A DNA stretch of 32,000 nt, from contig JBHLKY010000001.1 in assembly GCA_048886185.1 (NCBI GenBank), positions 120,001 through 152,000 of the forward strand. Reading direction: 5' to 3'. Positions 8,987-18,317 of this stretch are shown piece by piece (position 1 is the stretch's first letter; every line of letters starts with the position of its first letter). The position numbers and the translations under genes were made by a program. The notes under the pieces are model-generated. The model made no database searches and was not told the origin of the DNA. It saw nothing but the letters and a program-made list of their open reading frames with translations. The DNA is from Candidatus Hermodarchaeota archaeon (GTDB lineage Archaea > Asgardarchaeota > Heimdallarchaeia > Hodarchaeales > Hodarchaeaceae).

Positions 8987-10096
8987 TTGCCACCTCGTAA
9001 AAAGAAGACCTCTTCGGGTGATAAGAAGAGTGAAAAGAACGCTATTTCTGAAAAATCGGAGGTAGTACCACCATCTTTAGAGAATAATAGGGAAACCTCA
9101 TCTACACCAGTATCCCTAAGTAAAAAACCTGGAATAAATGATATCGGAGAACTTCCTGGCATCGGACCTGCCACAGCCAAGAAGCTTCAGGATTCTGGTT
9201 TTGGGACATTGGAGTCCCTTGCAACGGTTAGTATTGGAGAATTAGTCGCAGTAGGTAACCTAGGTGAGGCAACATCTCGGAAAATCATCCAAGCTGCTAG
9301 AGATGCTTTGGATTTTGGCTTTACTACGGCTGAAGAGGTCTTAGAACGTCGACGTAACATGTTAAAGATTGCTACAGGATCTGCTTCATTAGATGATTTG
9401 TTTGGGGGTGGTGTGGAAACTGGTTCAATGACTGAATTTTATGGAGAATACCGAACTGGTAAGACCCAGATAGCTCATCAATTATGTATCACAGCCCAGC
9501 TTCCTCGTGAGATGGGTGGTTTGAATATTGATGACAAAGATCCTATTAAAGTGGTTTATATTGATACTGAGGGAACTTTCCGTCCTGAAAGAATCCTCGA
9601 CATGAGTAAACGCTGGGAAGGGGATCTAGATATTAAACGAGTTCTGAAAAACATTATGCATGGCAGAGCTTACAATAGTGACCATCAGATGGTCTTAGCT
9701 GAGAAGGTTGCGAAGGATAGTCAAACACAAAGAATTGGACTTCTCATAGTAGATTCTCTTATTTCTCATTTTCGTGCTGAATATGTTGGACGTGGCACAC
9801 TTGCAGGGCGACAACAAAAGCTTAACCAGCATATCCATACTCTTCTTAAAATAGCTGAAGTTGGTAATTTAGCTGTGATTGTTACTAATCAGGTTCATTC
9901 AAAACCTGACATGTTTTTTGGTGATCCCACGGCGCCTGTTGGAGGAAATATTGTTGCGCATGCAAGTCATACTCGTGTATATCTTCGAAAGTCTAAAGGT
10001 GAAAGACGAATAGCCAGAATCGCAGATTCTCCCTTACTTCCTGAAAATGAAACTGTTTTTGCGATAACTGGGGACGGAGTAACTGATATAGGATGA
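8987..10096 (+). CDS. radA: DNA repair and recombination protein RadA with N-terminal low-complexity extension
   Basis: HhH LPGIGPATAKKL, FTTA polymerisation motif, Walker A GEYRTGKTQ, YIDTEGTFRPER, IVDS, RAEYVGRGTLAGRQQKL, GGNIVAHAS. Confidence 0.96.
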   Translation: MPPRKKKTSSGDKKSEKNAISEKSEVVPPSLENNRETSSTPVSLSKKPGINDIGELPGIGPATAKKLQDSGFGTLESLATVSIGELVAVGNLGEATSRKIIQAARDALDFGFTTAEEVLERRRNMLKIATGSASLDDLFGGGVETGSMTEFYGEYRTGKTQIAHQLCITAQLPREMGGLNIDDKDPIKVVYIDTEGTFRPERILDMSKRWEGDLDIKRVLKNIMHGRAYNSDHQMVLAEKVAKDSQTQRIGLLIVDSLISHFRAEYVGRGTLAGRQQKLNQHIHTLLKIAEVGNLAVIVTNQVHSKPDMFFGDPTAPVGGNIVAHASHTRVYLRKSKGERRIARIADSPLLPENETVFAITGDGVTDIG

Positions 10097-10106
10097 ATAA
10101 TGCTTA

Positions 10107-10130
10107 TTTCTTTTCCTTTTCTCTTTTTTT
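10107..10130 (+). terminator. Archaeal oligo-T terminator candidate downstream of radA
   Basis: TTTCTTTTCCTTTTCTCTTTTTTT begins about 10 nt after the radA stop. Confidence 0.5.
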
Positions 10131-10254
10131 AAACTGATCTGATTATGCCTCAAGGATCCTTTGAAGGGGGGTTTTAACTTTTTACAGGAAATTTTTGATT
10201 TTTGGTCAGTTTTTTCATTCTAACAATTTGGTTTGTTGTTATAAAGTCTCTATA

Positions 10255-10268
10255 GATTTATATAAATC
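10255..10268 (+). promoter_or_regulatory. TATA-box candidate (palindromic GATTTATATAAATC)
   Basis: TTTATATA lies about 27-34 nt upstream of ATG 10291, a spacing consistent with an archaeal short-leader promoter. Confidence 0.45.
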
Positions 10269-10284
10269 AATTTAAGATAGTTTT

Positions 10285-10824
10285 TTGATCATGCAGGGGT
10301 ATTCATTCATAATTACAGGCAGAAAAGATGCAGGAAAATCTACTTTATGTTGGCAGATCCTAGAATATCTGAATCAACAACCAGTTTCCATAGGTGGGGT
10401 AATTACCCTTCAGAATGATAAGAAGTGGTTCTATTTGGTTGCTGAAAAATCAAAGATTCCGTTTGAAGCTAGTGAAATAGACGAATACATACCAATAGGT
10501 GATTATCACGTTCATAAAATCAATCTTAAATACGCAATTAATAGTATCAAGAAAGGCTTAGATAGTGATTTTCTATTCATTGATGAAATTGGACCCTTGG
10601 AGCTTCAGGGGAGTGGTTATTTTCCTATACTTGATTCAGTACTGTCACGTGAACAAGGAAATATTCTAGTAATCAGAGAAACGATTCTGAATGAATTTTT
10701 ATCTATGTACCCTCTTATAAAAAAGTACAGACTTATCAAAGTTGAAAGTCATGAAACTTTATCTCCCCTTAATTTTTTCAAAAACATGATTACACAAACA
10801 TCAAATGATTCTCAAAAAATATAA
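10285..10824 (+). CDS. THEP1/NTPase_1-like nucleoside triphosphatase
   Basis: ITGRKDAGKST Walker A, IGGVIT and FIDEIGPLEL. The start may be ATG 10291. Confidence 0.8.
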   Translation: MIMQGYSFIITGRKDAGKSTLCWQILEYLNQQPVSIGGVITLQNDKKWFYLVAEKSKIPFEASEIDEYIPIGDYHVHKINLKYAINSIKKGLDSDFLFIDEIGPLELQGSGYFPILDSVLSREQGNILVIRETILNEFLSMYPLIKKYRLIKVESHETLSPLNFFKNMITQTSNDSQKI

Positions 10825-10890
10825 TTTAGAAGTACGATATGTTATTACTAATTCAGAGTCTTGAAATTCCTTAGTCTAGGAGAAAAATGA

Positions 10891-12402
10891 ATGGCCACAG
10901 AAGAATATATTGGTGCACTCGATCAAGGAACGACTGGTACGCGATTTATGATATTCGATAAGAATTGTGGTCTTATTGGTTCGAATTACAAGGAACATGA
11001 ACAGATTTTCCCTTACCCTGGATGGGTGGAACATGATCCTTTAGTTATTTGGAAAAATACTCAAGCTGTAATTAAAGAAGCTCTCAAAAATACAGAGCTT
11101 ACTCTTAAAGATCTAGCTGCAATCGGTGTGACTAATCAACGAGAAACCACAATTGTTTGGGATCGAACAACGGGATTACCTATTCATAATGCAGTTGTCT
11201 GGCAATGTATACGGACGGCTGAAATCTGTGAAAAATTAAAAACCAATGGTCTAGAATCGATTGTTAAAAAACGAACTGGCTTAGTCATAGCCACTTATTT
11301 CTCAGGTCCAAAGATTAAATGGTTATTGGACAATGTTTCAGGAGCTCGATTAAAAGCTGAAAAGGGAGAACTTCTTTTTGGGAATGTTGACACTTGGTTA
11401 ATTTGGAATTTAACAGGGGGAATTAATGGAGGAGTGCATATAACAGATGTTTCAAATGCTTCCAGAACTATGTTGATGAATTTAAAAACATTAGATTGGG
11501 ATGAGGAATTAATAGAACAGTTATCAATTCCTAAGTCCATACTTCCAGATATTCGACCCTCAAGTGATCCCGAATTATATGGATATGTGATTCTAAAAGG
11601 GATGGGTGAGGGTCCACCAATCTCAGGAGATCTTGGGGATCAACAAGCAGCTTTATTTGGCCAAACATGTTTTGATCCTGGAAATGCAAAAAATACCTAT
11701 GGAACTGGAAACTTCCTCCTGTTAAACACTGGAAAAAAAATCATTCAATCTGATTCTGGACTTCTTACAACTGTGGGCTATGGAATCGGAAGAGAGACAA
11801 CTTATGCCCTAGAAGGTAGTGTGGCAATCAGTGGTGCCGCAATTCAGTGGTTAAGAGATAAATTACAATTTTTCTCCGTTGCTTCCGAATCAGAGGAGCT
11901 TGCTGCTTCTGTAGCTGACAATGGAGGAGTATATTTTGTACCAGCATTTGTGGGCCTTTTTGCCCCACATTGGGATTCAACTGCTCGTGGAACATTAATA
12001 GGTCTTACAAGAGGAAGTAATAGAGCTCATATTACTCGGGCTGTAATAGAATCAATAGCTTTCCAATCTTTTGACGTTTTCCATGCAATGGAAATAGATA
12101 GTGATATTAAACTCCAAAGCTTACGTGTTGATGGAGGAGCTTCCAAGAATAATCTTTTAATGCAATTTCAGGCGGATTTGTTGGATATTGAATGTATTCG
12201 GCCAAAAATAGAAGAAACTACAGCTCTTGGAGCTGCTTTTTCTGCTGGAATTGCTGTGGATTTTTGGGATCTAAATGATTTACGTGAGAAATGGTTAATT
12301 GACCGTATCTTTCAACCAAAAATGAATTCTGAACGAAGAGATGAATTGATTTATTTTTGGAAAAAAGCAGTATCAAAGGCTAAAGGATGGATTGAGGTTT
12401 AA
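10891..12402 (+). CDS. glpK: Glycerol kinase
   Basis: ALDQGTTGTR, GVTNQRETT, YFSGPK, TDVSNASRTML, GDQQAALFGQ, KNTYGTGNF, YALEGS, RVDGGA, ETTALGAA. Confidence 0.96.
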   Translation: MATEEYIGALDQGTTGTRFMIFDKNCGLIGSNYKEHEQIFPYPGWVEHDPLVIWKNTQAVIKEALKNTELTLKDLAAIGVTNQRETTIVWDRTTGLPIHNAVVWQCIRTAEICEKLKTNGLESIVKKRTGLVIATYFSGPKIKWLLDNVSGARLKAEKGELLFGNVDTWLIWNLTGGINGGVHITDVSNASRTMLMNLKTLDWDEELIEQLSIPKSILPDIRPSSDPELYGYVILKGMGEGPPISGDLGDQQAALFGQTCFDPGNAKNTYGTGNFLLLNTGKKIIQSDSGLLTTVGYGIGRETTYALEGSVAISGAAIQWLRDKLQFFSVASESEELAASVADNGGVYFVPAFVGLFAPHWDSTARGTLIGLTRGSNRAHITRAVIESIAFQSFDVFHAMEIDSDIKLQSLRVDGGASKNNLLMQFQADLLDIECIRPKIEETTALGAAFSAGIAVDFWDLNDLREKWLIDRIFQPKMNSERRDELIYFWKKAVSKAKGWIEV

Positions 12403-12429
12403 AAGAATGAGATATCACTTGATACAAGA

Positions 12430-13170
12430 TTAATTTTCTTCAATTAGAAATAGATGAACAGATTTCTCCATTTCAAGTAAAGTCTCAAAACTTGCGTCCG
12501 GATTATTCTCTTGTAACGTCTTAGGATTCGAATATCCACTTGTAAAAGCAAATGTTGTAATTCCTACGGTTTTTCCAGCTAAAATATCTTCTCCTAGGTC
12601 TCCAATCATTGCACAACATCTTGGTGTATTCGTTAAATGAAATTTACGGAGGAAATGGACATATCCCTCTTCTTTATGTTTTCCAAACTCTCCTGATGCT
12701 AATATTCTATCTGTTGGGAAATAATTTGTGTCTTTAAGATACTTCTTAACAAATTGCATGATCTTTTTTCGGGGAGAATCGCTTACAATTGCTAATTTTA
12801 TACCCGAAGCATGTAACCGCTTCAATGCTAATAGTGCATCTTTAGTGGGTTGAGCAGATGAAAATCGTTTTGATTGATTTCTCCCAACATAAATCATTGC
12901 TCTCAAGGACTTTATATAACCATATCCTAAAGCCCGAGGAACTTGATAGAGAGTCCAAATTATTTTCCATTTCACATTTCTTTCTCGAGAGGAAAGTTTC
13001 GAAAAAGTAATTTCATCCGCTTTCTCGATAACCAGAGTAGGATCAATCTGGAGGTATTGTGCTAACATTCCAAAATAATATTGCTTAGTATCAATAAGTG
13101 TGCCATCAAAATCGAATATTATCGCTTTAATTGGGATGTACACTAATTGGGGCATGAACTGACTGTCCAA
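12430..13170 (-). CDS. HAD-superfamily hydrolase (phosphoglycolate phosphatase-like)
   Basis: Motif I FDFDGTLIDT, motif II IVSD, and motif IV IGDLGEDILAG. Confidence 0.85.
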   Translation of the reverse strand: MDSQFMPQLVYIPIKAIIFDFDGTLIDTKQYYFGMLAQYLQIDPTLVIEKADEITFSKLSSRERNVKWKIIWTLYQVPRALGYGYIKSLRAMIYVGRNQSKRFSSAQPTKDALLALKRLHASGIKLAIVSDSPRKKIMQFVKKYLKDTNYFPTDRILASGEFGKHKEEGYVHFLRKFHLTNTPRCCAMIGDLGEDILAGKTVGITTFAFTSGYSNPKTLQENNPDASFETLLEMEKSVHLFLIEEN

Positions 13171-13327
13171 AAGATTAGAATAATCACAAACTTATCTTTC
13201 TTCCTTAAATAAAAACACTTTGGCTAATTTCTCTTTCCTTTTCACAAAAAATTTCTTATTATCTTTTTAATTCTCCGAATCTACACTGATCAATACCCAC
13301 TTCACTGGAAATTATGGATGTAATTCC

Positions 13328-14284
13328 ATGAAATTTAGTCTTAATGACCCTTTAGCTGGATTATCTTTTCCAAAGACTAATATTTGCGATTCACACACTC
13401 ATATTTGGAGTGCTGATGCATTCGATGAACTAGAGAAGTGGGGACATCAATATGGGGTCAAACGTTTTATGGGTATTGCTCAACCTGATATAAAGAAAAC
13501 TCTAGAGCAAAATGGCAAAGGTCATGATATCATTTTTGCTTTTTATCTCCCAATGGGTGCTTTTGCTGACCATGATGCAAATAAGCTTATAGAAGCGGTT
13601 GATGAAGCCCATGCGCTAGAGTATTCAATGGTTAAAATGTGGTTTGGACCCCGATTCCTTGATTATTTTAAACCATCAAACAAAATAAAATTCACTATAT
13701 CGAATCCAGAATTTGAGCCAGTATTTACACGTATTGAGGATTATGACATTCCTATTGATGTTCATGTTGCTGACCCAGATATCTGGTATCAAACTAAATA
13801 TCTTGATCATAACCTCTATAGAACAAAAGATGATGCCATTTCTGAATTTAATGCGGTCTTAGAAAGGCACCCTTCCCTCAGAACGATTAGTGTTCATTTC
13901 GGGTCATTACCAGAATCTCTTGAGCAATTAGAAACCATTCTAAAGAGATTTCCAAATTTTCACATTGATACTGCTTCAACTAAATGGATTATACGTGAAC
14001 TAGGGAAATACCGTAAAAAGTCTCGTGATTTTTTTATTCGTTACAAAAAGCGAATCCTTTTTGCTACTGATATATCAGCAGGATGGGATGATCGCCCAAA
14101 GGATTACATTGCGACTCGTTACTGGGCGCAGCGATTATTTTGGGAGACTAATGTCCAAAATGTTGAACTACCCTTTTCAGATGCAGATAATCCTACCCCC
14201 CCTACTTTTATCAATGGTTTAAATCTTCCTCAGTCTGTTCTTGATCGTTTTTACTGGCAAAATGCAAATGAATTTTTCAAGTGA
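13328..14284 (+). CDS. Amidohydrolase-family metal-dependent hydrolase
   Basis: DSHTH metal motif, DVHVAD, SVHFG, HIDTAS and RILFATD. Confidence 0.8.
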   Translation: MKFSLNDPLAGLSFPKTNICDSHTHIWSADAFDELEKWGHQYGVKRFMGIAQPDIKKTLEQNGKGHDIIFAFYLPMGAFADHDANKLIEAVDEAHALEYSMVKMWFGPRFLDYFKPSNKIKFTISNPEFEPVFTRIEDYDIPIDVHVADPDIWYQTKYLDHNLYRTKDDAISEFNAVLERHPSLRTISVHFGSLPESLEQLETILKRFPNFHIDTASTKWIIRELGKYRKKSRDFFIRYKKRILFATDISAGWDDRPKDYIATRYWAQRLFWETNVQNVELPFSDADNPTPPTFINGLNLPQSVLDRFYWQNANEFFK

Positions 14285-14345
14285 CTAAAAAATTATATGA
14301 AGTGAGCTAAATCTAAAATACCCTAAAAATTAGAGGTTTAAAACC

Positions 14346-15377
14346 ATGAAAACTAAATTCAATGTGGTTCAAGTGGGACTCGGAGCAATGGGACGACGAA
14401 TATCACAGGCATTGATAGAACGGGAGAATATAGATTTGATAGGGGTGGTCGATATTGATCCAAGTCTGGAAAATAAGGTCTTGAGTGAGATTTTAGAACA
14501 AACAAATATCCCTGAAATAAGAATTGAAAAAAACCTCGAACAACTTCTGAATAAAAAAAAGGTCGATGTAGTGATAATTTTAACATCTTCTTCTTTAGAG
14601 AAGGTTGCTCCACTCATAATGATTGCAGTAAAAGCTGGTTGCAATGTAATCTCCATTTGTGAAGAATTATCATACCCCTTTGAATATCATCCCCAGCTTT
14701 CTAGAGACATTGATGAGCTAGCTAAAGACAATAACGTATCTGTAGTTGGGACAGGTATTAATCCAGGTTATTTAATGGATTTATTGCCCATTGTATTGAC
14801 CGCTCCATGTTTAACTGTTCAGAAAATTACTATAACTCGAATGATGAATTCAGCAAAAAGAAGGTTACCTTTTCAAGAAAAGATTGGAACTGGTTTATCA
14901 GTTGATGAATTCAAACAAAAAATCAACAATAAAGAAATAACTGGCCATGTTGGACTAACACAATCTATTCAGATGATAATGTCCGCTTTGGGTTTGATGA
15001 GTGATGAAATTATTGAATTTCCTCCTGAAGCAATTATTGCAGAAAAGGAAATCACAACTTCTTATTGTACCACACCACCAGGGTTTGTATGTGGACTTCA
15101 AAGTAAAGCAGTGGCCAGAAAAGATGGAAATGATCTAATTGTATTGAATTTCACTGCTTTTGCAGGAGATCAAGAAGAATTTGATAGTGTTATTATTGAG
15201 GGAAATCCTCAAATTTCACAAAAAATCGAGGGAGGAGTTCATGGAGACATAGGTACTGTTGCTATGGTAATTAATCTAGTACCAAAGGTTTATGATGCCA
15301 AGTCTGGTTTACTCACAATGAAAGATATATCAGTACCTTGTAATACTGAGGGTATTTGGAAAAATCAGGAAAAATAG
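14346..15377 (+). CDS. 2,4-diaminopentanoate dehydrogenase-like / native amine dehydrogenase family
   Basis: Rossmann GLGAMG, NVISICEEL, GTGINPG, GHVG and GGVHGDIGT. Confidence 0.75.
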   Translation: MKTKFNVVQVGLGAMGRRISQALIERENIDLIGVVDIDPSLENKVLSEILEQTNIPEIRIEKNLEQLLNKKKVDVVIILTSSSLEKVAPLIMIAVKAGCNVISICEELSYPFEYHPQLSRDIDELAKDNNVSVVGTGINPGYLMDLLPIVLTAPCLTVQKITITRMMNSAKRRLPFQEKIGTGLSVDEFKQKINNKEITGHVGLTQSIQMIMSALGLMSDEIIEFPPEAIIAEKEITTSYCTTPPGFVCGLQSKAVARKDGNDLIVLNFTAFAGDQEEFDSVIIEGNPQISQKIEGGVHGDIGTVAMVINLVPKVYDAKSGLLTMKDISVPCNTEGIWKNQEK

Positions 15378-15393
15378 GGTTTGGTCGTTACAT

Positions 15394-15699
15394 ATGAGAA
15401 CTAAAATTATTGCAGAAATTACGACATATCCAATCGGAGAAGGCTCCAGTTTGAGTAAATTTGTTAAAGAAGCCGTCAAAGAGATAAACAACTATAAAGG
15501 AATCCGTGTTATTCATCATCCAATGGGCACAGTAATCGAGACCGATTCTCTTGATCAAGTATTTGATGTAACAAAGTTGGCTCATGAAGCCATATTACGA
15601 ACTGGTGCGAAACGCGTCGTTACTCAACTTAGAATCGACGATCGCAGAGATAAACCAAGGAAAATGGAAGATAAAGTAGCTGCGATCTTAAAAGACTAA
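15394..15699 (+). CDS. MTH1187/YkoF-family thiamine-binding protein
   Basis: AEITTYPIG..SLSKFV, PMGTVIE and RIDDRRDK pattern in about 100 aa. Confidence 0.85.
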   Translation: MRTKIIAEITTYPIGEGSSLSKFVKEAVKEINNYKGIRVIHHPMGTVIETDSLDQVFDVTKLAHEAILRTGAKRVVTQLRIDDRRDKPRKMEDKVAAILKD

Positions 15700-15725
15700 A
15701 AAAGGGGTTGTTAATCTCAACTGAA

Positions 15726-16103
15726 TTATTCAGGTGCTTTTTGATCTACTGGGCTTTTCTTAGTGGTTCCACGTTCTATCCCTACTAGAACTATTTTTAG
15801 CGATTTAGTATATTTTTTCAATGCTTTTCTCCCTTCACTAGTTATGTGGACAACAGTTCTGGGACGGACATTCACAAAAGTCTTTTCCTGTTCCACAAAA
15901 CCTACAGAAACAAGTTTAGTTAAGTGACTATTTAAATTTCCTGATGTTACACCTAGTCCTTTTTGTAATACACTAAAGGTGAGTGATGAATTGAGATGTA
16001 GTAATGTTAATATTCCTAATCGCACTGGTTCATGAATGGTAGAATCCAGTCCTCCGAGTAGGTTTTCCAGATAAGCTGGATTCTCTTCCATTTCAATACT
16101 CAT
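15726..16103 (-). CDS. Winged-helix transcriptional regulator (ArsR/MarR-like, HTH_34 type)
   Basis: IHEPVRLGILTLL...GVTSGNLNSHLTKL..G..EQEK...RPRT...IT.EGR. Confidence 0.85.
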   Translation of the reverse strand: MSIEMEENPAYLENLLGGLDSTIHEPVRLGILTLLHLNSSLTFSVLQKGLGVTSGNLNSHLTKLVSVGFVEQEKTFVNVRPRTVVHITSEGRKALKKYTKSLKIVLVGIERGTTKKSPVDQKAPE

Positions 16104-16108
16104 CTCTA

Positions 16109-16813
16109 CTATTCTGCAGTTTCTACTAGGGCAATACCTTCTCTACCAGAATACCAGTATGTAAGCATACTAATTCCAATTAAAACAAAGCCAAATATAT
16201 TACAGAAAAGAAACATTGCTGAATTGGGGTCTAACTCATAGAATATTAAAGATGAGACAAATCCAAGGCATAAAGCGAATAATCCAAATGATAACAAGCC
16301 TAATCGTACTTTCACATTTCTCGTTTCTGCAAAGAGAATTCTACTTGCAAGTAAAAATCCAATCCCTGTGGTGGTACCCCATACAATAGGAATAAACTGG
16401 GAATTCATTGAATCTACAACACCAAGCACCAAAACAAGAAAATGAGTAATAATGAACAATCCAACAATGATTGCTCCAATGGTTCGATAAGCTTTGTTCC
16501 AATTTATGAATCCTGGGGAGAAACCTGTTGTAAAAATAATGACACCAATCAGAGGAATAAGATAAATAAACCACAAGCCAAAAAATAGAACTGGTTCGAG
16601 ATTTGGAGCTAATCCAAGAATGAGGAATGTTGAATCAACAGCTAAGAAGTAGTAACAAACATATTCAATCCAGCCACCAATGATAGCTACGAAACCAGTA
16701 AGACTTATGAAAAGTAAAAGGCGATTTGATTCCATTTTTTCTTCAAAAGCAACAATTTTATCTAAAATTTCAAGAGTTGGCTGTAAATCTGATAGTAACT
16801 CCATTTCTATCAT
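16109..16813 (-). CDS. Uncharacterised multi-pass (about 6-7 TM) membrane protein, co-operonic with the wHTH regulator
   Basis: Successive hydrophobic segments; 5-nt gap to the downstream regulator. Confidence 0.7.
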   Translation of the reverse strand: MIEMELLSDLQPTLEILDKIVAFEEKMESNRLLLFISLTGFVAIIGGWIEYVCYYFLAVDSTFLILGLAPNLEPVLFFGLWFIYLIPLIGVIIFTTGFSPGFINWNKAYRTIGAIIVGLFIITHFLVLVLGVVDSMNSQFIPIVWGTTTGIGFLLASRILFAETRNVKVRLGLLSFGLFALCLGFVSSLIFYELDPNSAMFLFCNIFGFVLIGISMLTYWYSGREGIALVETAE

Positions 16814-17044
16814 CCATTTCCACTTTTTTCTTCTCCAAAATTTACTGTAAAATACTTTTTCTTATTGGTTTGTGTGACAAATCATTCTCTCAGAGAAAAT
16901 TGTATTGGGTTTAATAAAGGCTTAGAATGATGATTCATCCATGTGCCTCAAACAATTCATGAATAAGGTGTTTCAACATTTTGAGAGTAAAAAAGTTTAC
17001 CTTCATAATCGTAACAGGGACTTTGAGGCTAGGAGGTTAATAGA

Positions 17045-17656
17045 TTGAATGGTGTAATTGTTTTGATAATTGATTCTATTATTTTTATCTTCCCAGCATT
17101 CGTTGCAAATGCTGCACCTACGATATTAGGTAAAGGTAAGCGCTTCAATGGACCTATTGATGGTGGAAGATTGTGGAAAGACAACAAAAGAATTTTAGGA
17201 GATGGTAAAACGATCCGAGGATTTGTTTCTGGAGTTTTCTGCGGAATGTTGACATGTGTTGCGATCATTATTCTTGGAAACTATACTGGTTATCCTTTGG
17301 TTTTTATGACCTACATGAAAGGAGGCCTTCTTTACAATGTTTTAAAGCCATTAGATACTGCTATTTTGGACAATATGATACTCTTAGGATCATTAATTGG
17401 TTTTCTTCTTGGTTGTGGCGCTCTCATTGGTGACATAATTGGAAGTTTTATAAAAAGACGTAGTGGACTCAAAAGAGGAGAATCCTATCCTTTAATGGAT
17501 CAATTAGGTTTTTTAGTTACAGCACTGATCCTTGTATATTTAGTAATCCCTTGGCCTGTCATTTGGCTTATATTTCTGGTGCCTATCAGTCTTGGTCTTC
17601 ATATCAGTCTAAATTTGCTAAGTTATGTAGCTGGTGTCCAAGAAGTCCCACTCTAA
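17045..17656 (+). CDS. carS: CDP-archaeol synthase (CDP-2,3-bis-O-geranylgeranyl-sn-glycerol synthase)
   Basis: PAFVANAAP, PIDGG..RILGDGKTIRG, GDIIGSFIKRR and DQLGF. AGGAGGT RBS precedes the TTG start. Confidence 0.9.
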   Translation: MNGVIVLIIDSIIFIFPAFVANAAPTILGKGKRFNGPIDGGRLWKDNKRILGDGKTIRGFVSGVFCGMLTCVAIIILGNYTGYPLVFMTYMKGGLLYNVLKPLDTAILDNMILLGSLIGFLLGCGALIGDIIGSFIKRRSGLKRGESYPLMDQLGFLVTALILVYLVIPWPVIWLIFLVPISLGLHISLNLLSYVAGVQEVPL

Positions 17657-17879
17657 TTAATTCTCTTGGATTAGTATAATTCAGGTTTTAAAAGCAGTAG
17701 GGAGGATGAAACTTTCTCAAGTTGTTTAAAGCAATACTAAATCACTCATACTATTTTTTATAATTTATATAGCTAATATAATATTTTGGTTAGTTTCTAC
17801 CACAAAGTAATTTCTTGTAGAAAGGTTCATCGGGTTTTTTAAACTCATAGATTCAAATTCACCTATAATTTTCTCAAAA

Positions 17880-18317
17880 GTGGGTGAAAAGAAGATGAAC
17901 TTTTTGGCACATCTGATAGTGACATTAGTCTTTGTGAAAATAGCTGATTTATCGGGAATGAATATCTTTTGGGCTTTAATGTTCGGGGTGTTTATTGATT
18001 TTGATCATTTAATTAAACTACCTCTTTATATCAAGCAGAATGGTTTTAAAATAGTTAGGTACTGGAATTGGCGAACAGGGTTCCAGGAACCTGTCTCATT
18101 GTTATGGATTATACCTTTGAATATTTACATTCATACATGGGTACCTGTATTCTTTTTCATAACTCATATTGTCTTAGATTATTTGATGAGTTATGAAAAG
18201 CAACCATTTTACCCTTTCTCTAGTTTTACTATCAAACAACGGAAAATAAAGCTTGATGATTCTCTTGGAATAGTAACAGTGGTGATAGCAATATGCATAT
18301 ACGTATTCCTGGTTTAA
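17880..18317 (+). CDS. Membrane-bound putative metal-dependent hydrolase (YdjM-like)
   Basis: N-terminal His (AHL), IDFDH and THIVLD putative metal motifs within hydrophobic helices. Confidence 0.6.
   Translation: MGEKKMNFLAHLIVTLVFVKIADLSGMNIFWALMFGVFIDFDHLIKLPLYIKQNGFKIVRYWNWRTGFQEPVSLLWIIPLNIYIHTWVPVFFFITHIVLDYLMSYEKQPFYPFSSFTIKQRKIKLDDSLGIVTVVIAICIYVFLV

Noticed and set aside
13309-13322. Single mini-ORB-like motif (reverse strand TTCCAGTGAAG)
   Set aside because: Imperfect, single copy and far from cdc6; expected by chance.
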